A stretch of 35,116 bases of DNA from Thermoanaerobaculales bacterium (GTDB taxonomy: Bacteria > Acidobacteriota > Thermoanaerobaculia > Thermoanaerobaculales > Sulfomarinibacteraceae), in NCBI GenBank assembly GCA_029938595.1, contig JAOZUP010000002.1, positions 1-35,116 on the forward strand. Reading direction: 5' to 3'. The notes beneath the pieces are model-generated. The model was not told the DNA's origin. It saw only the letters and a list, made by a program, of their open reading frames with translations, and did no database searches. The translations under genes were made by a program, and so were the position numbers. Below are positions 31,880 to 35,116 of the stretch, piece after piece (position 1 is the first letter of the stretch; every line of letters starts with the position of its first letter).

Positions 31880-33046
31880 ATGTGTGACATCGACCGAAGA
31901 GACTTCGTCAAGCTGGGCACCGCCGGCGCCGCCGGTTTGGGCCTTGCCGGAGCCGTGAGGCCCTCCACGGCCGCTTCGCTCAAGAACGACCGGATGGTTT
32001 TCTTCCAGGGTGACGGCCTCAACCTGAGTCCCCAGGAGTACGCCGGCATCCTGACCGAGATCACCGCCGGCGGGAAGGTCGAGCCGGATTACTACTCCAA
32101 TGGCGGTGTCGTCGAGGAACTCGAGGGGCGAATGGCCGAGATTCTCGGCAAAGAGAAGGCCGTGTTTCTGCCCACCGGAACGCTTGCGAACCACCTCGCC
32201 GTGCGGCTCCTGTGTGAAGACCGCGGCGATCGGAGGGTCGTGACCCAAGCCGAGAGCCACCTTGCCAATGATGCCGGTGACGACTGTGAGACGCTCGCGG
32301 GTCTGCGCATGGTGGCGGTGGCCCCCGGTGAAACCGGCTTTACCCTCGAACAGGTGAAGGCAGAGCATGCCCGGGCAGAAGCCAGCCGGGTGAAGGTCGG
32401 CATCGGGGCGATCTCCGTCGAATCTCCGGTGCGCCGGAAGCTCGGCGGCGTTTTCGATTTTGGGGAGCTGAGCCGCATCTCGGCCTGGGCTCGATCCGAG
32501 GGCATCGGCCTCCATCTGGATGGGGCCCGGCTTTTCATGGCTGCAGCCTATACGGGCATCCCAGTCGACCGTTGGGCGGAGCATTTCGACACCGTCTATG
32601 TCTCGCTCTGGAAATACCTCAACGCCGGATCGGGGGCCATTCTTGCCGGATCCTCGGATCTGCTCGACGGACTGTTTCACAGCCGCCGCATGTACGGAGG
32701 CAGCCTGGTTCGTGGTTGGGTCTACGCTGCGGTTGCCCTGTACTACCTCGATGGTTTCGAGCATCGTTTCCAGCGGGGAGTTACGGTCAGCGAAGAGCTC
32801 TTTTCCAATCTCGAGGACGACCCAAACCTCGGAATTCGTCGCATCCCGCAGGGCTCCAATGTGTTCATCCTCGAGGTGAAGGGGACCGATCCCGCCACCT
32901 TCCGCGATCGCATGATGTCCAACGGCATCTCGTTGCGTGAACCGAGAGATGACGGCTCGCTGGTCATTCAGGTCAATGAGACCTGGGCCTCCGCTACCGC
33001 CGAAGAGCTCGGCCGGCGGATGGAAGCGGCGCTGACCGCTCGCTGA
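31880..33046 (+). CDS. PLP-dependent threonine aldolase / beta-eliminating lyase-family protein with a twin-arginine (Tat) signal, 388 aa
   Basis: ATG at 31880 has GGAG 6 nt upstream; the track ORF starts at 31841. MCDIDRRDFVKLGTAGAAGLGLAGAVRPSTAA matches the Tat consensus (RRxFxK plus an h-region). The aldolase-family blocks are PTGTLANHLAVRLL, GLHLDGARLFMAA, and YVSLWKYLNAGSGAILAGS (candidate PLP lysine). Confidence 0.8.
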   Translation: MCDIDRRDFVKLGTAGAAGLGLAGAVRPSTAASLKNDRMVFFQGDGLNLSPQEYAGILTEITAGGKVEPDYYSNGGVVEELEGRMAEILGKEKAVFLPTGTLANHLAVRLLCEDRGDRRVVTQAESHLANDAGDDCETLAGLRMVAVAPGETGFTLEQVKAEHARAEASRVKVGIGAISVESPVRRKLGGVFDFGELSRISAWARSEGIGLHLDGARLFMAAAYTGIPVDRWAEHFDTVYVSLWKYLNAGSGAILAGSSDLLDGLFHSRRMYGGSLVRGWVYAAVALYYLDGFEHRFQRGVTVSEELFSNLEDDPNLGIRRIPQGSNVFILEVKGTDPATFRDRMMSNGISLREPRDDGSLVIQVNETWASATAEELGRRMEAALTAR

Positions 33047-33055
33047 CATCGCGAC

Positions 33056-33082
33056 GAAACCCGGTGAGATATTGCGGGCTAG
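33056..33082 (+). repeat. copy d of the conserved intergenic block, abutting the IS
   Basis: The sequence is gaaacccggtgagatattgcgggctag, 10 nt after the aldolase stop. Its last 8 bp (CGGGCTAG) are repeated at the other end of the IS. Confidence 0.6.
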
Positions 33083-34777
33083 TTCCCATCCAGGAACGCG
33101 TAACTAATTGAAAACAAACAAGAAAAAGCGCATTCTGGGGTTCACTTTTTCGAGCCCCTGTTGTAGAATCTGTGGTGCTAACACACTGACCTGTAACAGG
33201 TTAGAGAATGCGAGGGCCACAGAATGCGCCAAAAACATCGAATTCAGCGGGCACTGACCGAGGCCTGGCTCGACCTGCCCTATGCCAAAGAGCTTGAGGT
33301 GATCGACGATCTCCTCACCTCACAGCCTACGATTGGTGAGCTCGCAGCACAAGACCTGATTGGCGGAGATCCCGAGACGGGTCGTCCCGGGATGACCGGC
33401 GAAGAGGCTATTCGCGCCCTCGTGCTGAAGCAGGCCAACCAGTGGTCATACTCTGAGCTGTGGTTTCAGCTTCACGACTCGCAGACGAGCAGAGCGTTCA
33501 TGGGCTATGGAATCAGTGACCGAGTCCCCTCGCGATCGGCGTTGGCAGAGAACATCAAAAAGCTCAGAGCCGAGACGCTGGAGTCGATTTCGCGGGTGGT
33601 CCTCGACATGGCGGAAAAGGCTGGGGTGGAGAAGGGGCGCAAGGTCCGGATCGATACGACGGCCGTGGAGAGCAACATCCATCATCCATTCGAGTCCGAC
33701 CAGCTGTGGGACGTCGTTCGAGTGCTGACTCGATCGATGAAGCAGGCAAAGGAGTTGACCGCCGACGAGTTGACGATCACGTTCGCCGATCGCACCCGCC
33801 GAGCCAAGCGGCGTTATCGGGGCGCTTGGAATGCGAAGACCAAGGCCAAGCGAAGGGAGCAGTATCGGGATCTGCTCAAGGTCGCCAGAGAGGTGATGGG
33901 GGCTGCTCGGCGTGTCGCGATACTGCTTGAAGACTTCAGTCCCAAGACCGCCGGCGCCTCGGCCAAGGCCGCCCGCATTCGGGGTGAGATCCTCCGGGTC
34001 TTGGCTCTCGCCGACACCTTGTGCGATACAACACAGCGTAGGGTGATCAATGATGAGCTCGTTGCTTCCACGGAGAAGGTGATCTCCATTTTTGAAGACC
34101 ACACCGACGTCATCAGGAAGGACCGCAGAGAAACCATCTACGGCCACAAGATCTGCCTGACCGGCGGAGCCTCGTCTCTGATCCTCGACTGCAGGGTCCT
34201 CGAGGGAAACCCCGCCGACTCCTCTCTTGCCGTGGATGCCGTCAGGCGGCAAGAAGAGGTCTACGGTCGGCTTCCTCGACAGGTCGCATTAGACGGCGGT
34301 TTTGCTTCGAAGATCAACCTCGCTGAAATCAAGGGTCTCGGCGTACAGGATGTGGCGTTCTCCAAAAGGCGTGGCCTCGAAATCTCAGACATGACGAAGA
34401 GCACCTGGGTATATCGCCGCCTCCGTGACTTCCGCGCCGGCATCGAAGGCTGCATCTCGTTCCTCAAACGCTGCTTTGGATTGGACCGGTGTTCCTGGCG
34501 TTCGTTTGCCTCATTCAAAGCCTACGTGCAGGCTTCGGTGCTCAGCTTCAACTTGCTCGTCCTCGCCCGACATCTCCTCACGTAACACGAGCCTCCACCC
34601 CGGAATTTTCCGCCAAGCCTTCGGGGAGGGTCTGCTTTGCCGTGCCGCAACGAGGTCTCGCCCGGCCAATCGGCCGGTCTGGAGGAAGATCTCGCTCGCC
34701 ATCTGGGTACCTCACCTCACATCTACGCCAGGGACCTGGATTTGAAGGGCTACGTCTCGGGGGTTTCCGGATGGGAA
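33083..34777 (+). mobile_element. insertion sequence, ~1.7 kb, IS4/IS5-superfamily DDE type, with terminal inverted repeats and an 8-bp target-site duplication
   Basis: IRL is TTCCCATCCAGGAAC (33083..33097). The reverse complement of IRR is TTCCCATCCGGAAAC (34763..34777), matching 13 of 15. The direct repeat CGGGCTAG occurs at 33075..33082 and 34778..34785. The element carries a single transposase ORF and has a lower-GC left end. Confidence 0.85.
33224..34585 (+). CDS. DDE transposase (DDE_Tnp_1 type with a DUF772-like N-terminal domain; from memory similar proteins are labelled ISNCY/IS5-like), 453 aa
   Basis: The N-terminal block is GRPGMTGEEAIRALVLKQANQWSYSELWFQLHDSQTSRAF. The candidate first catalytic Asp is in VRIDTTAVESNIHHP and the second in VALDGGFAS. 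The tail is basic. Confidence 0.85.
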   Translation: MRQKHRIQRALTEAWLDLPYAKELEVIDDLLTSQPTIGELAAQDLIGGDPETGRPGMTGEEAIRALVLKQANQWSYSELWFQLHDSQTSRAFMGYGISDRVPSRSALAENIKKLRAETLESISRVVLDMAEKAGVEKGRKVRIDTTAVESNIHHPFESDQLWDVVRVLTRSMKQAKELTADELTITFADRTRRAKRRYRGAWNAKTKAKRREQYRDLLKVAREVMGAARRVAILLEDFSPKTAGASAKAARIRGEILRVLALADTLCDTTQRRVINDELVASTEKVISIFEDHTDVIRKDRRETIYGHKICLTGGASSLILDCRVLEGNPADSSLAVDAVRRQEEVYGRLPRQVALDGGFASKINLAEIKGLGVQDVAFSKRRGLEISDMTKSTWVYRRLRDFRAGIEGCISFLKRCFGLDRCSWRSFASFKAYVQASVLSFNLLVLARHLLT

Positions 34778-34823
34778 CGGGCTAGTAAAAAAAATCCAGC
34801 CACCGATGTGACGAGCCTATCGG

Positions 34824-35116
34824 TCAGTCGTAGCTCATGCGGATCTTCTCGTCAGTGAGGGTTTCCTGGAGCCTGCTCTGCCACTCGGACCCACTCCACG
34901 TCCCGAGAGCCTGATGGGTCTCGTAGTAGTTCTGCGGGATCGGGTGGGTTCCGAGCACCACCTCCATCCCGTACCTGGTTTCGATGAACCTGCGAAAGTC
35001 CTCGATGTAGGGACAGGGCGGGTAACCCACCAGGAGGCCCGTAGCGAGGTGCACCACCACAGCCCCGTTTTTCTTCATCTCCGCCGGCGCGTACTCCACG
35101 TTGCCGCCCGGGCAGC
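34824..35116 (-). CDS. CGGC-domain-like protein, C-terminal part; the 5' end runs off the right edge
   Basis: The reading frame stays open to the window edge. Hand extension gives ...(x)CPGGNVEYAPAEMKKNGAVVVHLATGLLVGYPPCPYIEDFRRFIETRYGMEVVLGTHP..., which resembles the CGGCPG ... HL ... CPY ... GTH layout of CGGC-domain proteins. That layout is recalled from memory. Confidence 0.55.
   Translation of the reverse strand, partial: CPGGNVEYAPAEMKKNGAVVVHLATGLLVGYPPCPYIEDFRRFIETRYGMEVVLGTHPIPQNYYETHQALGTWSGSEWQSRLQETLTDEKIRMSYD

Noticed and set aside
30725-33049. 774-aa ORF on the minus strand spanning the amidohydrolase-like and aldolase-like genes
   Set aside because: It is antisense to two ORFs that carry clear family motifs and signals. 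Its product is Arg/Gly/Pro/Ala-rich with no recognisable motif. Long antisense open frames are expected in GC-rich DNA.

Overview
The window is GC-rich bacterial DNA (roughly 60-65% GC by eye) with about 21 protein-coding genes, one intact insertion sequence, and no rRNA, tRNA or CRISPR that I could recognise. Three paralogues of the VWFA-related domain typical of Acidobacteria (TIGR03436-like N-termini) and an Oar-like TonB-dependent receptor of about 985 aa with a carboxypeptidase-regulatory-like N-terminus suggest an Acidobacteriota-like origin; that is inference only.

Layout:
- **Left edge, minus strand:** a Cys-rich lipoprotein, then an NMO/FabK-like flavoenzyme, then an atypical beta-ketoacyl synthase that runs off the window.
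- **3.3-7.6 kb, plus strand:** a secreted MBL-fold/TPR protein, an SLC12-like cation-chloride cotransporter and a SAM methyltransferase.
- **7.7-33.0 kb:** about 13 consecutive proteins with N-terminal export signals. These are a 1922-aa mosaic protein with a gingipain-like C25 domain, a translationally coupled VWA-TPR-VWA operon, a secreted atypical-kinase-like protein, a double retropepsin-like protease, a transglutaminase-like/TPR protein, a lipoprotein, a CarboxypepD_reg/TPR protein, a TonB-dependent receptor, a third VWA paralogue, an amidohydrolase-like protein lacking HxH, and a Tat-signal PLP aldolase-like protein.
- **Right edge:** a 1.7-kb DDE insertion sequence with inverted repeats and an 8-bp target duplication, then a partial CGGC-domain gene.

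I see no compact system of a recognised type (defence, secretion ATPase, BGC core). The observations most worth following up are:
- a lipid-anchored, triplicated MymT-like CxC module;
- a conserved sequence block (AAACCCGGTGAGA-N4/5-GCGGG) present five times, always on the plus strand and always intergenic, one copy of which was the IS target;
- an arginine-rich DRR-repeat micro-ORF with a strong SD;
- the regulator-less, ATPase-less VWA/TPR/protease exported-protein island;
- a strand-asymmetric tandem-repeat block in a convergent intergenic region.

All family calls come from motif recognition by eye, and no searches were run. The ORF track uses alternative start codons, so several starts were re-placed by SD inspection and remain provisional.
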